Positions 12,946-27,586 of a stretch of DNA of 64,000 nt are shown here, piece after piece. The stretch is from Octopus vulgaris (lineage: Eukaryota). The number at the start of each line of letters is the position of its first letter. The first letter of the stretch is position 1. The notes under the pieces were generated by a model, which had not been told where the DNA came from, searched no databases, and saw only the letters and a list, made by a program, of their open reading frames with translations. Both the position numbers and the translations under genes were made by a program. The stretch covers positions 78,182,001 through 78,246,000 of the forward strand of contig OX597821.1 of the NCBI GenBank assembly GCA_951406725.2. The letters run 5' to 3'.

Positions 12946-13325
12946 ATAGTTGATATAATTTTATGCCACACTCCATTTTAACCTCACATCTTACCACAGA
13001 ATGGACTTCTATGTTTCCACTTAATCTTCAAGAAATAGAAGGCAAACCTCTCTCAGAGTATACAGTACCACCTAATAATAAAATGCATTGGATTATCTGG
13101 TTATAGATATATTATGTGCGAAAATAAGACAAGGAAGCAAAACTGGATCTTGTTTGAATGTAATGGTTAAACAGCAGAAAGAACATGGACAAACCCAACA
13201 GCACTAATTACATGTATCATTGCAATATCGACAGGGAAAGGTAAAAATCATATATCCCAAGAGATAGGGAACTGAGAAGTTGTTATTTAAATGTACATTT
13301 TTTTGAAATTTCCAAATTGCATTAC

Positions 13326-13417
13326 CTTTTTAATAGGCAAATTCTCCCAGTATAAATAAATAGGATTTCTTTCAAATGAGATACTGGTCATCTTCAATAC
13401 TTTCTGCCACTTGTTGC
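13326..13417 (-). CDS. Gene A coding exon 2 (SNKWQKVLKMTSISFERNPIYLYWENLPIKK)
   Basis: gtttcag acceptor and AAG|gtaatg donor; 92 nt, phase 1 to 0, open; same-size paralog at 57613-57704. Confidence 0.88.
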
Positions 13418-14329
13418 CTGAAACAACCAGAAATGGATATCAATGAGTTATATGTAACTGCACAGGAAGGGTGTTGCAAAAGCGTTATCAAGATATTAAA
13501 GGAAACATGTAGCACACAGTACAGTGAAAATTAACTGAACTCATTCTAAAATTATTAAATGCAATAAAACATTTTCCTAAACCTCAACTTAGATTATCAT
13601 TATTTATTTATTATTAAGGAGGCGAAATGGCAGAATCGTTATTACACTGGTCAAAATGCTTAGCGGTATTTCATTCATCTTCACGTTCAGAGTTCAAATG
13701 GCGTCGTGGTGGCTTTGCCATTCATCCTTTCGAGGTCGATAAAACAAATATCAGTGATCGACTTACATTTCCTTTAAAACTGCCGGCCATCTGCCAAATC
13801 TTGAAACCATTTTGTTTCGTCTCTGCTTCAGTGATATTGGATTGAATATGCAAAGAAAGTGTTACAACTCATTGGTATTGATATCTTTTCTCGTTAGACA
13901 TTAAAAGAAAATTTTATGTAACGTTCATAAAGTTCAATTAGCGCTTTCATACGTTCGTAGTAATCATCAGATTTCAAAATGCATTTAACTGACAGCTGAG
14001 TTATTGACAACTGTAGTGAAACAATTAACTTCTTTCTTTTTTATATCTTTTAGAAGGTTCCAACAAGTTGAATCTTTCGAATACGGTTTGTCCAATCCGC
14101 ATGCAGCGTAAAAGTCATGGTTTGCCGGGAGCACTGACGTTACTGGCATAGATCCTGCCTTTATTTGAACCAATTAGCTTCCGGTTTACATGTATTGGTC
14201 TTATGAGTGAGCAAACGTAGTTGGTTTTGATCGTTTTTCTATCAATTAGTGGGAGTCTTCTGTTTATATTCATATGTTAATGATATTTTGTAATCCACAT
14301 CATTGATGTTTTGTTATATTATTTTTGTT

Positions 14330-15170
14330 ATTTCCGTTCAGAACAGGTTTGAAATTTTCTTAAAACGTTTTTGTTTTATCTTTCTTCCAACCTCACTTGT
14401 GTCATGTAGTTTGTGGAAAGAAAAAAATTAGAAACATTTTCTGACCACATGCTTCAATATGTTCGCTCAATGGAATTTGGCGAAGATTAGTGTTCCTGAT
14501 TTGTTGTCTGTGGACTCGTGGACGTTCCGATAATGCATTCCCTGTCTCGCCAATGTATAACTCTTCGCAATTAGAGCATTTAATACAGTAGATCAAATTA
14601 CTGCTTTTGCAGTTCATATCTGCATTTGCAAAATCTGTCCATTTTTTTTTTCTTCTAACGGATCTACCCGTATGTATGTATTGACACCTTCCACATTTAT
14701 TATCATTACACTTGGATGCTGTGAATGCTTTATCCTGTTTTTTCATGTTGAATTTTGCTTAAGATAAGTGTTTGATTAGTAATCACGCTTTGAAAGTATT
14801 CCCTTTCTCTCATGATTGGCAAATTTATTTTCATGATGTTAAGAATGTTTTGATAATGCGGATTGTCCAAATTTGTTTTCTTTTTCGATAGGATACTTTT
14901 TCTAAATTTGTTTCATTAAGTTTCTGTATCCATGTTGGCTGTTAGGTTTTCTCTTGGAGCTTTTACCACTTTTGATAGGGTCTTAGATAAATCCTTGATT
15001 TCTGAATGTAGATTTGTACATATATCTTTCTTATCTGTCAATTTCGTTTCCAGTCCCTGTAGGATTGTTGCTTCTGTTAACATTACTGACATAAGTGTTG
15101 ATAATTGCTTGCTATCTCTTTTAAGATACTGTCCGATTCTCTAGGCTCCATTCATTTTACCGGGCATATT
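14330..15170 (-). mobile_element. Penelope-like element fragment (GIY-YIG endonuclease)
   Basis: CGRC...NCKSSNLIYCIKCSNCEELYIGETG...HRQQI. Confidence 0.85.
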
Positions 15171-15301
15171 GGCTTATACAAAATACAGATATCATATTTT
15201 TTTCTATTTTTTTAATGTTTAACACACTTCAACAAGGTAAAAACAATTCTTAAATACAACAACAAAAAAACGTGCAAACCAGATGTTTTAACGTTATTCA
15301 A

Positions 15302-15450
<149 letters not shown>

Positions 15451-15459
15451 TTATAGAGC

Positions 15460-16010
15460 AACATATAAATTCATAGAATCCTGTGTACAAATTTCCTTTA
15501 TCAATACGCAATGCCCCAAAATGGAAAAAATCTGGTTGATGAAAATCTTATGAAGGACAGTAAATGTCAACAAAAATCCCTTGAAACCATCTCACAAGAG
15601 CAAATTTCATATCAGAGGATAATTCTGAATTCTCTGTGAAATGATTCAAAAACAATAGATGTGGAATATGTAGCAACTACAACAATTTCAAATACCTGAA
15701 CACTAATTCTAGTATAAATTTTAAACGAATGCAAATATGAACCGCAAATATTCCAAACGAATGCAAATATGAACCGCAAGACACAAAATGTAATATTCTG
15801 CGTGAAATTCCCCAATTGCAAATGGAATTACATTGGCGAAACCAACAATTCCCTTTGTCAACGTGCAAAAACCTATAGACAACACATCAGGCAGAAATAA
15901 TTAGCAGGCAACTGGATTCAAACAACTTATTCAAGATCCTTCCTTTCTACAAATGCTCATGGAATGATAAAAAATACCGGAACTACATCCTCTAAAAAAA
16001 AATTATTTCA
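15460..16010 (+). mobile_element. Decayed Penelope-like fragment
   Basis: Remnant CPNCKWNYIGET...HQAEI...FKILPFYKC similar to 14402-14746. Confidence 0.6.
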
Positions 16011-16808
16011 ACTAAACTATTATGAGAAATCCTTATTAAAAATTTAATTTCCAGGAGTATCCAAACAAGATCACTACTGGATATAATTATGAATAACGTT
16101 CTCATTATTATTAATAAAATAACTGAAGCAATTCATGTAAATAACCAAGCAACCAACATACACACACAAGCTTAAACTCACACACATACACATCCACACA
16201 TTTTACATAAGCTTAAAAATACACAGACAGATGCACACACACACGCACACATTTAAAAACCTTCCAAAACAATTCGACGACAACTAACCAAAAATTCATA
16301 AGCAATTGACACAAAAGGTGACCTTTTTACTTAAAAAACACCCCTTTGTTTGTTTGTTGGTTTTTTTTTTTTCTTTCATTATTTCTTTCCTTCTTCCCTC
16401 CTTATTTTCTTTGTCCCTTTCCTTCTCTTTACTCACCTCTGTTTCTAACCGCACCTCCGAATTTCGTCACAAACACGCACGATTCCGCATTCATATATAC
16501 CCACATATAAATACAAAATAAAAAAAAAAACATCTCTAATAACCATTCTCAAAACGTATTTCTAAAATCCAAGAAAAACATTCAGCCCCAGATTTTTTCA
16601 ACTAGCTCACATGAACTTTCTATAAGAGAACATTCATTAATGACTTCCTGAAAGGATCTAAAGCACCAAGCCAACAATTTTTATCCTAATTCTGACTAAA
16701 TTCTTTTCTTAAGATCAATATATAGAATTTCTACACTACTTTAAAAATCTCTGTATGTCTGACTGTCTGACTGTCAGGTCTGGCCTGTCTGTATGTATAT
16801 ATATATAA

Positions 16809-16862
<54 letters not shown>

Positions 16863-17617
16863 ATTTACTTGAAAATGGATGCGTGGCGTTCAATTAGATA
16901 ATAAATAGTAAATAATACATTGTATACACATGCAAATATAGGTACAAGAAATCACCTGTTCAAACAACACGAAATTCGTAAACAAACGGGTTAAATACAT
17001 AAACAACGAGAAAAATGGAGAACAGGACAAGTAAACTCTCTTCTCTATACTGTTTTCTTCCTCCACCCTGCTCTAATTCGCTTTTTCTCCTCGCCCTCCT
17101 TCAACGTTTTCTATCTGTCTCTCTCACTTCTCTCTCTCTCTCTTGTTGCTCACACGTGACCATCGTCATTCTTTCTTTTCCTCACATGACCATATTTCTT
17201 TTCCTGCACGGACGTTCAAAAATGCGAACGTTTTTTCTCCCTCTTGTATCTTTGCTCTTTTCAAAAAAATATTTCTCACAGCGTTCACTATTTTTCTCTT
17301 TTTCTGGTCTGACGACCCTCTATATTTGCTCGGGTTCCTTGTATGTCTCCACAATCATGTTTTTGTTCCCAAATTTTACCCTCCATAAATCCAAAGTTTT
17401 ATTTTAGAATTTCTGGGATCAACCGTCTTTGAAAACTCATAATGTCACTGAATGTTCAAAATGAGGAGTAGATAGACAGCCGACAACTGATGAAGAGTCC
17501 TTTCTCTATGTTTACTTTCCTGTTCTCCATTTTTTTCTCGTTGTTTATGCATTTGAACATTTGTTTACGTATTTCATGCTGTTTGAGCCGTTAGTGATGT
17601 CCTGTACTCATATATGA

Positions 17618-17654
<37 letters not shown>

Positions 17655-17897
17655 ACTATCTATTATATATATATATATATTAGAGAAAAACCACTATTAT
17701 GCAATTCAAACAATGATGGACATAAACCAAATCATAAATAAAAAATAAAATATATATTAAAACTAGATCACAAAATTGAATAATAGTGTTTTTTTCTCTA
17801 ATTTATATATTTTATATATTTATATTGTGAAATTTGCTTTAATACTAAATACTCCTTATTATTATCATTATTATTATTATTATTATTAATATTATTA

Positions 17898-17929
<32 letters not shown>

Positions 17930-17964
17930 TTGACTTTTATTATTATTTTTATTATTATTATCAT

Positions 17965-18002
<38 letters not shown>

Positions 18003-19484
18003 TACATATATATGTATATACACACATACACACGCATATATCTTTTAAATTTGTTAACAGGAAATGTTTTGACTATGCCCATAAACGCTATACGCGTTTC
18101 CACAAATCATATGTCTCTTATGATCACAGTCCGTATTCCTGGTATGATATACTATCTCTGAGTATCGGGTTGAACATCTTCATGGATTCATCTCTTCAGG
18201 CGATATAACATTAATGGATGTACAACTGGGGTTACTTATCCCTTTTGACCAGTATGAAGGTTGATTGAGTTATGTGAGTATTTCTGTGTGTATTTGGTGG
18301 AGAAGAGGAGAAGGTGATGGAAAGACAAGAAGGAATGGGGATTTTTCTATTTGGTTGCTAACTTTCAGTCTCTTCAACTTCTGCTCGAATTGATTTCATA
18401 TTGGGTGTAATGATATGGTTTTAAATACTAATCACTGCTTTGAAATTCATTTCCGAAATAAATCAATAAATAAGGAGTTAGCTTTTAAAGTTTGAAAATT
18501 TAGGGTAATTTTAGACAATCGTATACCACAGATACATTCATGCCTGCTTCTATAGTAAGAAACCAAGCATAGGAACTCTTTTATCTGCGAGAGAGCACAT
18601 ATTGACAAGGGGTATTCCAAGCAGGTTTCAAAGTTCGCTAACAGCTCCTTTAAAGGATTCAATGGCTAAAGACATCATCAGGAGGAGCCACATCCGGTTT
18701 CAGCCCCTACTCCTGTACTGCTGTCGACGTGCTCCCCACCTTTCGGAGGTGTCTTCAGCTCTGATGTCGAGTGAGTTTTTTAAATCTTTTCTTTGGCCTT
18801 CTGTTCTTTGGTTTCTTCGATGCAGCATCAACGAATGTCATCGAGCGAACGACTACCTTACCAAATTTCCCTTTTATTACTCTCCTGTAAGCTCCAGTAG
18901 CCAGTGCCAGCTAACTGTCACGTGACTCCATCTATACTTCAACTGACCAATGGAGGGTAAGGGCGCGAAGCTTTGACCCACGATCTCTCTAAACCTACTT
19001 TCCAAAAGAGTTGCGTTAGTTTCAGCTCCAGCAGCCAGAGCCGACTAGCTATCTGGGGAAGAGGGTGCGCAATGATCGAGATGGTTTCCTCAGTCCACCT
19101 GCCAAGCAGCAACGCTGTTTAAGTACCAACCAGCCTCATTTAGCGACGCTATTTTCCAGTCGGCAAGTAATGGCTTTTGAGCCATTTCGGGCCTTCACTT
19201 TTCAGCCATATATAATAGCTAACTTTGTCAACTGCCTCCTGTATGCTCCTTATCATACGCGATAGCTCGTGCATCGATGCAGTGTTCAACTGCTTGTGCC
19301 CATCTGCTGCCTGTACTCTAATCGAGAAATGTGCTAAAAATAAGAATCAATTAGGCCTTAACCTAACCCCAATTTTGTTTATTTTATTTTTGCACGATAC
19401 TATGAATTCCTGAGTTTAGAAAACAATTTCCCTTAAAGTTTCTGAAATTTCAAACAAATTTCGTAAATGATGGTCTCGGACCTT

Positions 19485-19925
19485 GCAGTGATAAACATTT
19501 GTGCCCGTTAAATGGAGCTTGCATATCCCTGACCATCATTTACGAAGCCACCGTGGACTCTATACCCACTAAAGACACGGTTTCGACGAAGAAATACGTG
19601 GGCTTTACAGAGGGTAATTTCAATGCCAGGTTCAATAATCACACCTTGAGCTTTAGGCACTGGGATAAAAGGAAAACGACCAAATTATCCAGTCATATAT
19701 GGTCATTAAAAGATAAAGTTGTCAGTTACAACATCCATTGGAAGATCTTAGCCAAGTATAAGCCCTACACCAACGGCAGTGGAATGTGCAGTCTATGTGA
19801 TATGGAAAGATGGCTCATCTGGAAAAGCAGCGCTTAGACCCTGCTACATGTCTGAATTCAAGAACTGAACTTTTTGTGTCATGCCCACAAGTGGCCAAAT
19901 ATTTGTTACGTTTTTGGCCCCCCCC
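19485..19925 (+). mobile_element. Penelope-like element GIY-YIG 3' fragment (second family)
   Basis: CPLNGAC...IIYEATV...YVGFTEG...RFNNH...CSLC...LNSRTEL. Confidence 0.85.
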
Positions 19926-20744
19926 GAAACTACAGATAGAACTTGCTTTCTATATTGTGTCCACGCACAAGCATTTTATTTCTTTATACTTTTTACTTAT
20001 ATTTCTTATATATTTTTATTTATATTTTTTATACATATATATCTTACATATTTATAGAGATATTGGTTTATAGGTTTATTGCTTATATATTCTTTACACA
20101 AAATTTTCCTGTATTCGACCTTCCACCATGCATTTTCCCTGTGTGTATATAGACGTGAATATGGATTTTTTGTGCGCGCGTGTGTATGTGTGCGTGTGCG
20201 CGGGTACGTGCGTATATAGATATGTGCGTGTGTGCGTACATGCAAGTATGTGCCTATATAGACGTGTTTTACTCAGTGTTGTTACACATTTTCCTGTATT
20301 TTTGCCTTTAACCCTGTTTTTTTCTTGTGTATAGACGTATGTTTGATCTTTTTGTGCGTGCGTGTGTGTGTGCGTATATAGACGTGTGCGGGTATGTGCG
20401 TATATAGGCGTGTGTGTGTGCGTGCTTAACGGGTGTGTGCGTATATAGATATGGTTTACTCTTTGTGCACACCCTTAGATGAATGTATACTTTTAGGTGC
20501 ACGGACTTGGGTGTGCGGGCGCTCATGGGTAGGTATGAACATACGCACTTACGCGAATACTATGAACTCTTTACTCCCTTATTGTTATTCTCTTCCCTCA
20601 TTTAGTAGTCATTCAAATAGCTCTTTTGATTTAATAACGGTCAATCACACAGTAATTTCCCTTTGTTTAACGGTCATTTTTCATAGCATTTTCCCGATGG
20701 CCGGATAACTAGGAGTTTTATCTTGGCTACTGAATAACTGTCAC

Positions 20745-20854
<110 letters not shown>

Positions 20855-20928
20855 TGTGTGTATGTATGTATATATATGGAAATATAAGACAAACATTACA
20901 AAAGACAAGGAAAATATGATTTACATAC

Positions 20929-21256
20929 TGTTTTCATTGAGCAAGATATACGATGAACAGTCGCAATCTTGATCTTCAAGTACCCCGCTGTAAAACGGTC
21001 GATGCATGTTACATTCGCCACTACAATAGCTGAAATATCCACAGTTAGCGTTTGATAAACAGCGAATTGAACACTGGATACGAGATGCCATCTTCTCAGT
21101 TGTTCCGTTTAAGTCTGATAAGCATTTTGATTTAGTAAGTCTTTTGAAATGACTTTCTTTATACTCTGCGTTGCAACTTAACGGAGTGACGAACAATAGT
21201 AGTGTAAGCGTTTGCAGCAATTTCAAGCTCAAATGACATTGAATTAATGTTTCCAT
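20929..21256 (-). CDS. Gene A coding exon 1: signal peptide + PAN/apple-like domain (METLIQ...SCNA|EYKES...CSIRC...CGYFSYC...DCDCSSYILLNEN)
   Basis: Acceptor tttttcag at 21259-21260, ATG 21256, donor A|gtatgt at 20927-20928 (phase 1). Hydrophobic leader followed by C-x3-C-x5-C-x2-F-x-Y-C pattern. Paralogous exon at 63347-63676. Confidence 0.88.
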
Positions 21257-21393
21257 TCCTGAAAAACATACATATATATATATATATACGTAACATGTGG
21301 TATAATTATAAACAGGGTAAATTTTAGCCATTTCTCTGCAGACTGAAGAAAAATGACGAACAACCTTAAACTATTTTTGAACCTTATTGCGTT

Positions 21394-21520
<127 letters not shown>

Positions 21521-21529
21521 GCTACATGG

Positions 21530-22860
21530 AAATAATCCAATGGGCTACATGGAAATAATCATTTACCAGGAATCTTTATCAATCTTTGGAAACCCCTTTC
21601 TCAATACATAAAAGAGAATTGGAAACGATTCTTAGACGATTGTTTTATACTCTGGAATGAAAACACAGATAAACTCCTAAAATTTAAAAACCTATTGAAC
21701 AGCATAAACCCAAATATAGTTCACAATATGGATATACTAATTAAAAAAATTAACCTTAAAATAGAAACAGACATTTTTTACAAAGCCACAGACGCCAAAC
21801 AATACCTTCTTTTTAATTCATGCCACCCAAGACACACTAAAACAAACATCCCCTTCAACCTTGCAAGAAGGATATGCACAATAGTGTCAGAACAAAATAC
21901 CAGGAACTTTAGACTGCAAGAACTCAAAAACACCCTAATTGACAGACATTACCCAGCGCAACTCATAGAGGATGGGATCAGACGTGCAACAGAAATCAAC
22001 ATAGAAACTTTAAGAAAAGTTCAACACAACAACACACCTTCCCCGAAAATACTACCTTACATATCTACATACAACCCCAGAAACAAAGAAGCCTTCACCA
22101 TCATCACCCAGAATTTACCAATACTTCATAAGTACCCCAAATTAAAGGAAATTCTAAACATACACCAAATCATTAAAAGCTACAAACAACCTAAATCACT
22201 TAAAAAGATTCTCACAAAGGCAAAATTGTCTTCTGATATTACGGATGCAAAAGTAAAAAAAATGTGGTAGATCGAAATGTGCAATATGTCCAAACCTGCT
22301 AGAAGGATCAGAATTCCTCTTTAAAGAGGGACAGAAATTCAAGATCAAATCTAACTTTACTTGTGCCTCTGAAAACATAATTTATGTCATAAAATGCTCG
22401 GGCTGCCACCAAGACTACGTGGGATCCACGGGACTATCACTCAGACGTAGATGCACACTGCATCGACAACAGATTGCATTCCCAGAATACAGAATGATAC
22501 CTTTTAGTGAGCACATTGAGAAATGCGCAAAGCAACTAATACCACAATTTTTAATCTTTCCATTTTACCAATGTGCTATCGGATAATCAACACAAATTAG
22601 ACTAAACAAGGAAACATTCTTCATTGAAAAGTACAAGCCCAGACTTAACCATCCCAACATACTGATACAGAGAAATTCACACCAAGGGAAAGGAAAAAAT
22701 TTGTAAGCGATTATCTCCCTTACACCGGAAGAAATTACTCATTACCTCCCCTTATTTAGAACTCTTTTGAACATAAACATAACGATAACACTGTTCAACA
22801 TAAACATAACGTCGCAAGAAATTTGAAAAGCTAAACGCGAAACCGGTCTTTCTTCTATAT
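21530..22860 (+). mobile_element. Penelope-like element (RT thumb + GIY-YIG + terminal HHR-like motif)
   Basis: TDIFYKATD..QYL.FNSCHP.H RT C-terminus; CAIC, NIIYVIKC...YVGSTG endonuclease, frameshifted. Confidence 0.9.
22816..22854 (+). ncRNA. Minimal hammerhead-like motif, U3-A8 core variant, at Penelope 3' end
   Basis: aagaaa-t-TTGAAAA gc-taaac-gc GAAAC cg GTC tttctt, about 170 bp after the GIY-YIG coding remnant. Confidence 0.5.
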
Positions 22861-23020
22861 TATGTCATTATAAAGCAAAAAAAAGTTTTAAAAAAAAATT
22901 TTAATATTCTTCAGACATATTGACGCAAATATATATTTTTTAACATTTAAGCCTTCTGTAGTTTTTTCACTTTTTACTATTTTCTATATATTCAACCACG
23001 TGCTTCACAAACCAACTTTC

Positions 23021-23130
<110 letters not shown>

Positions 23131-23559
23131 GCAGAAAGAGAGGGAACGAGAGAGAGAGAGAGAATCCTTGAATCAGAAATTTATGTAGAAAAATATCTGT
23201 CTATAGTGTGGGTATATTAATCAAAATATACAGTGTGATATATCCATTACCACCAATAAATTGGTTTCGCACTAGATGTTAAAAGGGATACTAGAATCCG
23301 GCACGACTAACTAATACTGTATTCTCGTCAGAGCTTGGAGGAATAGGAAAAATATTGCGCCCTGTTATTGCGGTGGAAAAACACATCAAGCCCCATTTTC
23401 CGCACATTTTGCAATGTAGCACTTTCGCTATTTGATCGTGTCACCACAGCTTGTAGTAGTTTTTGCCAAGTCTAAGGCATTCGTTTGTGATTTATACAAT
23501 GGCTTCATGCACACTATCACAGATGTCACACAGCGCAGACACTTGATCTTTCCTAAGTT

Positions 23560-24500
23560 TGACCCTCCAATTCGCGGCCAAAGCTTGGACTAGCGCTTGC
23601 AGTATTGTGCTCTCGGTCTCTTTTTAGTGTTCCTTTCTTCAGCCAGTCCCACTTATGTTTCCAGTAACTCCAGTTGTAGCTACATGGAATTATTATTTAG
23701 TAGTCTTATTTTTATTACGTGCATTCACTGCACTACCAAGTGCAGCTCTGTGTGCTTAGGTTATGCATTGTGGTTTGTTTTGGTGCTGTTATTTCGTAGG
23801 ATGTGTGCGGTGCTTAGTATTGCTATTCTCTGTAGCTATTTTCGTAAGCCCAGGCGTTTTACTTATATAGTTGTCTGAAGGTTTTTTAATCATACTTAAT
23901 AAACCTATTATTATAGTTTTTTTCTGCTTTTAGGCTCCTCATTCGGGTTATCTCAATTTCCAGATTTTTGTATTTTGAGAGTTCCTACGTTTCTTTTAGA
24001 AATACATTGCCATCTATATTGATACATTAAATAGAAGATACCTTTGTCTTGATTATCTCTGGCAAATATATCCGGCTTTATTTGGCATATCCTGGTGTAC
24101 AGTTGCTTTGTCATTTTCTGATACCTTTTCTGGGATGTTCCTATGCCGTCTTTTTTCTGATGTCATTCCATTGTGTTGGCATAGCTTCCCAATTCTGTCA
24201 TGTAGATGGTTATAATCGTTTTAGGCTAAAACTGGGAAGACGGAGACAATATGAATTATTGTTTCTTCCCTATCACCATATAATCTGCAGTTACTTGTAT
24301 TTCTATTCGTTATGTTTCTGGTTGCAAGGTTTCCATTCTGTGTTACAATTAAAACTCCTTCTGTCTCTGCTTTGAGTCCTGAGCTTCTCAACTATTGTCT
24401 ATTTCTTTTCTGTTTATCTTATCCCAACATGTGCCATGTAAGGGCTTTTCTTGCCATCGTTTTATCATGGTATTTTGTTGTTGTGCTTGCCGATGAAGAT
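23560..24500 (-). mobile_element. Decayed R4/Dong-like LINE 3' part
   Basis: WQEKPLHG...DK motif, RPDI-like motif, and AILSTAHILR C-terminus on the minus strand. Confidence 0.7.
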
Positions 24501-27495
24501 TCACAAAAAAAATTTTCTTTTGCGTCAAAAAATGAGAAAATTGCATCACGGTATTTACACACCGAAAACTTCGAAGTGAAAGAGAAATGAATAAATTCAG
24601 AATTCTTTTCACAGCTCTAATGGAACATGCAAATACATGAACCTACAAATATGTACAAGAAGGTGGCACCCATCGATTACATCGATTAAAAGTTTAAAAT
24701 TATGATACCGTCCGTAAATAAAAATTCCGAACTCTGAAGCAAAGATATATCTGCATTCAACATTTCTTATGATAACATACCAAAGGGTTATAATAAAAAC
24801 CCTTCCGAAGCCTTTGGAAAATATTTTATATCTGGCAAGATACTAAAGAATACCGGATTATGTCATTCACTTCACATGTCTGCAATGCATGGAACGAATT
24901 ATCTGAGGAAACAATATTTCATTCTTAGAGACAAATTACTTGCTGTGTTTCACTTAAGGCAATTCCTCTCACAGTTTCTAGTGCTGAATATCGAAGCAAA
25001 TGCTAAGTCAATGAAACACATGCGTGGTATATCTTCGTGTTTTTGAAGGCCTTCCATAATGTTGGGATCGAGTCCTAGTACAGCTAACTAATATTCTAAT
25101 TGTAGTCGTAGTGAAAAGTTACATTTGCAGAAACAAGAAGTGTCAAAATTTAGAAACGTTTAATCTGAAGCATGAGACTGAATAATAATTGTAAAATCGT
25201 ATAGGTTCATATCCAGAGGTAGACCGCGTGTTACAGTGTTCAGAAGAAATATTTTACCCAACCGCTCCCTGTCTTACGAATTTAGAAGTAAGCTAATTCA
25301 ATAACGTTATATTGTTGTTATTGCTGAAATCAAGTGTTCCATTCAATAGGTTTAGATAAAATTCGTTAACTAGAAATTATAATACTTTCTTAGAAATGTA
25401 CAAAGACGCGGTTTTGTAAAGCAAAAATTATATAATCATTTGGATCGAATTTCTGTAAATTATATGCGAGAGGGGAAGTCGAATAGAGATTAGATAGTAG
25501 CATTTAATTCGAATGATTTGCGCATTTATTGCTGTCTATCTAAAAAGAAAAATGATTTCTATCAGAGATAATGGCCACATAATAGACGGGTGGATAGAAA
25601 ACTCTATAGGATTCGAAATCAGAACTTAAATTTATAAAAGATGATATCAGTCGGTGTATAACTTCTACAAAGCCACCGTCTTCTCTTTCTTGAAGATGGG
25701 AAATGGTAATGGCAAAACAAATGTTATGAAAGCACAAATCAGTGATAGTGTTTTTTAACAGAGAATTATAGAAACAATTGTGGTTATTTCTCTCATTCAA
25801 TTCCTAATAACATTAATTCTCTTACCTTTAAGATTCATGACTGTTGCAGAAATTCGCCGAAACAGGTGTCTCACTGGAAAGAAGATCTTCTGTCACTTGA
25901 TGCTTCTCTTTTTTTCCAGCTTCGGTAAACGGGGTTATTTAGTATTTTATCGTCGTTCTGACACAGGTCGATCAAACCAGTTGATTTAATACTGCCTTCA
26001 AAAAAGATGTCCTTAAAACAATATCGTCAATTCTTGTCCACCTTTGTAAATATATGTGGGCAAAATGAAATTACTTTCCTCTAACACTAGAGGTTGCCGT
26101 TAGGCTATTTTAGTTTTCTTGAAAACGTCTTTTTCTTTCTATCTCGAGTGTTTTGTGATCAGGATTATAAGTAAGTTGTCAGTTATGTCATAGGCTTCGT
26201 TTTCCAATCAATGTCCACTTCTATGCAAATAAACTGCTTGAAACAAGTCACATATATTTACACACTTGATGAACAAAAGAAATGGATTTTAACTTCGCAG
26301 TATATTGATAGCTCTCACTTTGTTTATTTGTTTTTATTTTGCACTAGACCAATTATTATTAATGATGTTGAAAGGGGAGTGGCCAGATATAGATTATTGT
26401 AAGAGGTTAGAATTTTCATGAAATGAAGCTGATTAAGCTTGTATTTTGGATTAGTGTAAACATGGATAACGTCCTCCGAGAAAGGTATGGACTTCTTAAA
26501 TTACTATTCCAATTTGGGAACAAACCTCTTTACAATATTTCTTACTCTGACTTCTGCGTTAGGATCTAGCCATGATACATGCACTTTGACTTAGCTTCAA
26601 TCGATAGAGGTGCCTAAGTTATGTATTACGGTTGGTTTGATGCATGTTCATCTACCCACAAAAAGTCTAAACATGTCGCTACTTAAAAAGAGCCATGAAA
26701 AATACTGCAGAATTAAAACTATAGAAAGTGTTCGGAAGGATGGGCAATTGAGAGATGACTTTAGGTACAATTAGCAAATTCAGAGGAATGTATGCCATTG
26801 TAACAGAAGACAGCTTAGAATCTTCCAAGTCTACTTATTGTTATTTAGCAACATGTTTGTTGGAGCCCGGATTGAGTAACGTTCTATATTCCAGGAATTG
26901 CGGCCATTATCATCTCGTCTTTGTTTGCAGACATTGTTCAATAAAGACCAAATTATCCGGATGAGTTCTTAAGTCGTGAAGTGGGATGTGATTAAGATTT
27001 GGTTGTAATTTCTAATTCTTTCAGCAACTGCTTAGAGTTTAGACTCATTCATTATCAGGTAAGTAATGCATGGTGAATGACGGTTCCGAAGCCAACTAGA
27101 TGGGTACGTTTCAATACAGTTAGGTGTAGATTAACATACTTAATGAAGCGTCTAGAAATGACATTTTATAAATTGAAACTGAACCCGTAATTAGAAGACG
27201 AAGAAGTAGCGTTAATGTCACTCCGTAGTCAGAGATGCAAGGGAGAAAATTCCAAAATTCTTCATATATTAAGACCTAAATTGTACGGTGTAGTGCGAAA
27301 TGTAAGTTTGGGTAACGATCAGGGTATTCTTCTGTATTACAGACTTCCACATAAAGCAGAGGCACGACGAATCTATTAATTATTGTATGTTGCTAATTAT
27401 ATTATGTTAGTCTGCAGGTACCGTTATGCATTTTATGACAAAGATATTCCAGAGAAAATTTCCAGTAAAACTATCTTTACACACACACCCACACA

Positions 27496-27586
<91 letters not shown>

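Noticed and set aside
15720-15782. Short tandem duplication aaacgaatgcaaatatgaaccgcaa as a CRISPR-like repeat
   Set aside because: Only two copies, inside a Penelope remnant in eukaryotic DNA.
21259-21331. Upstream in-frame ATG (MAKIYPVY...) extending gene A exon 1
   Set aside because: Runs through a (TA)n tract and a conserved splice acceptor, and is not conserved in gene B; probably intron.
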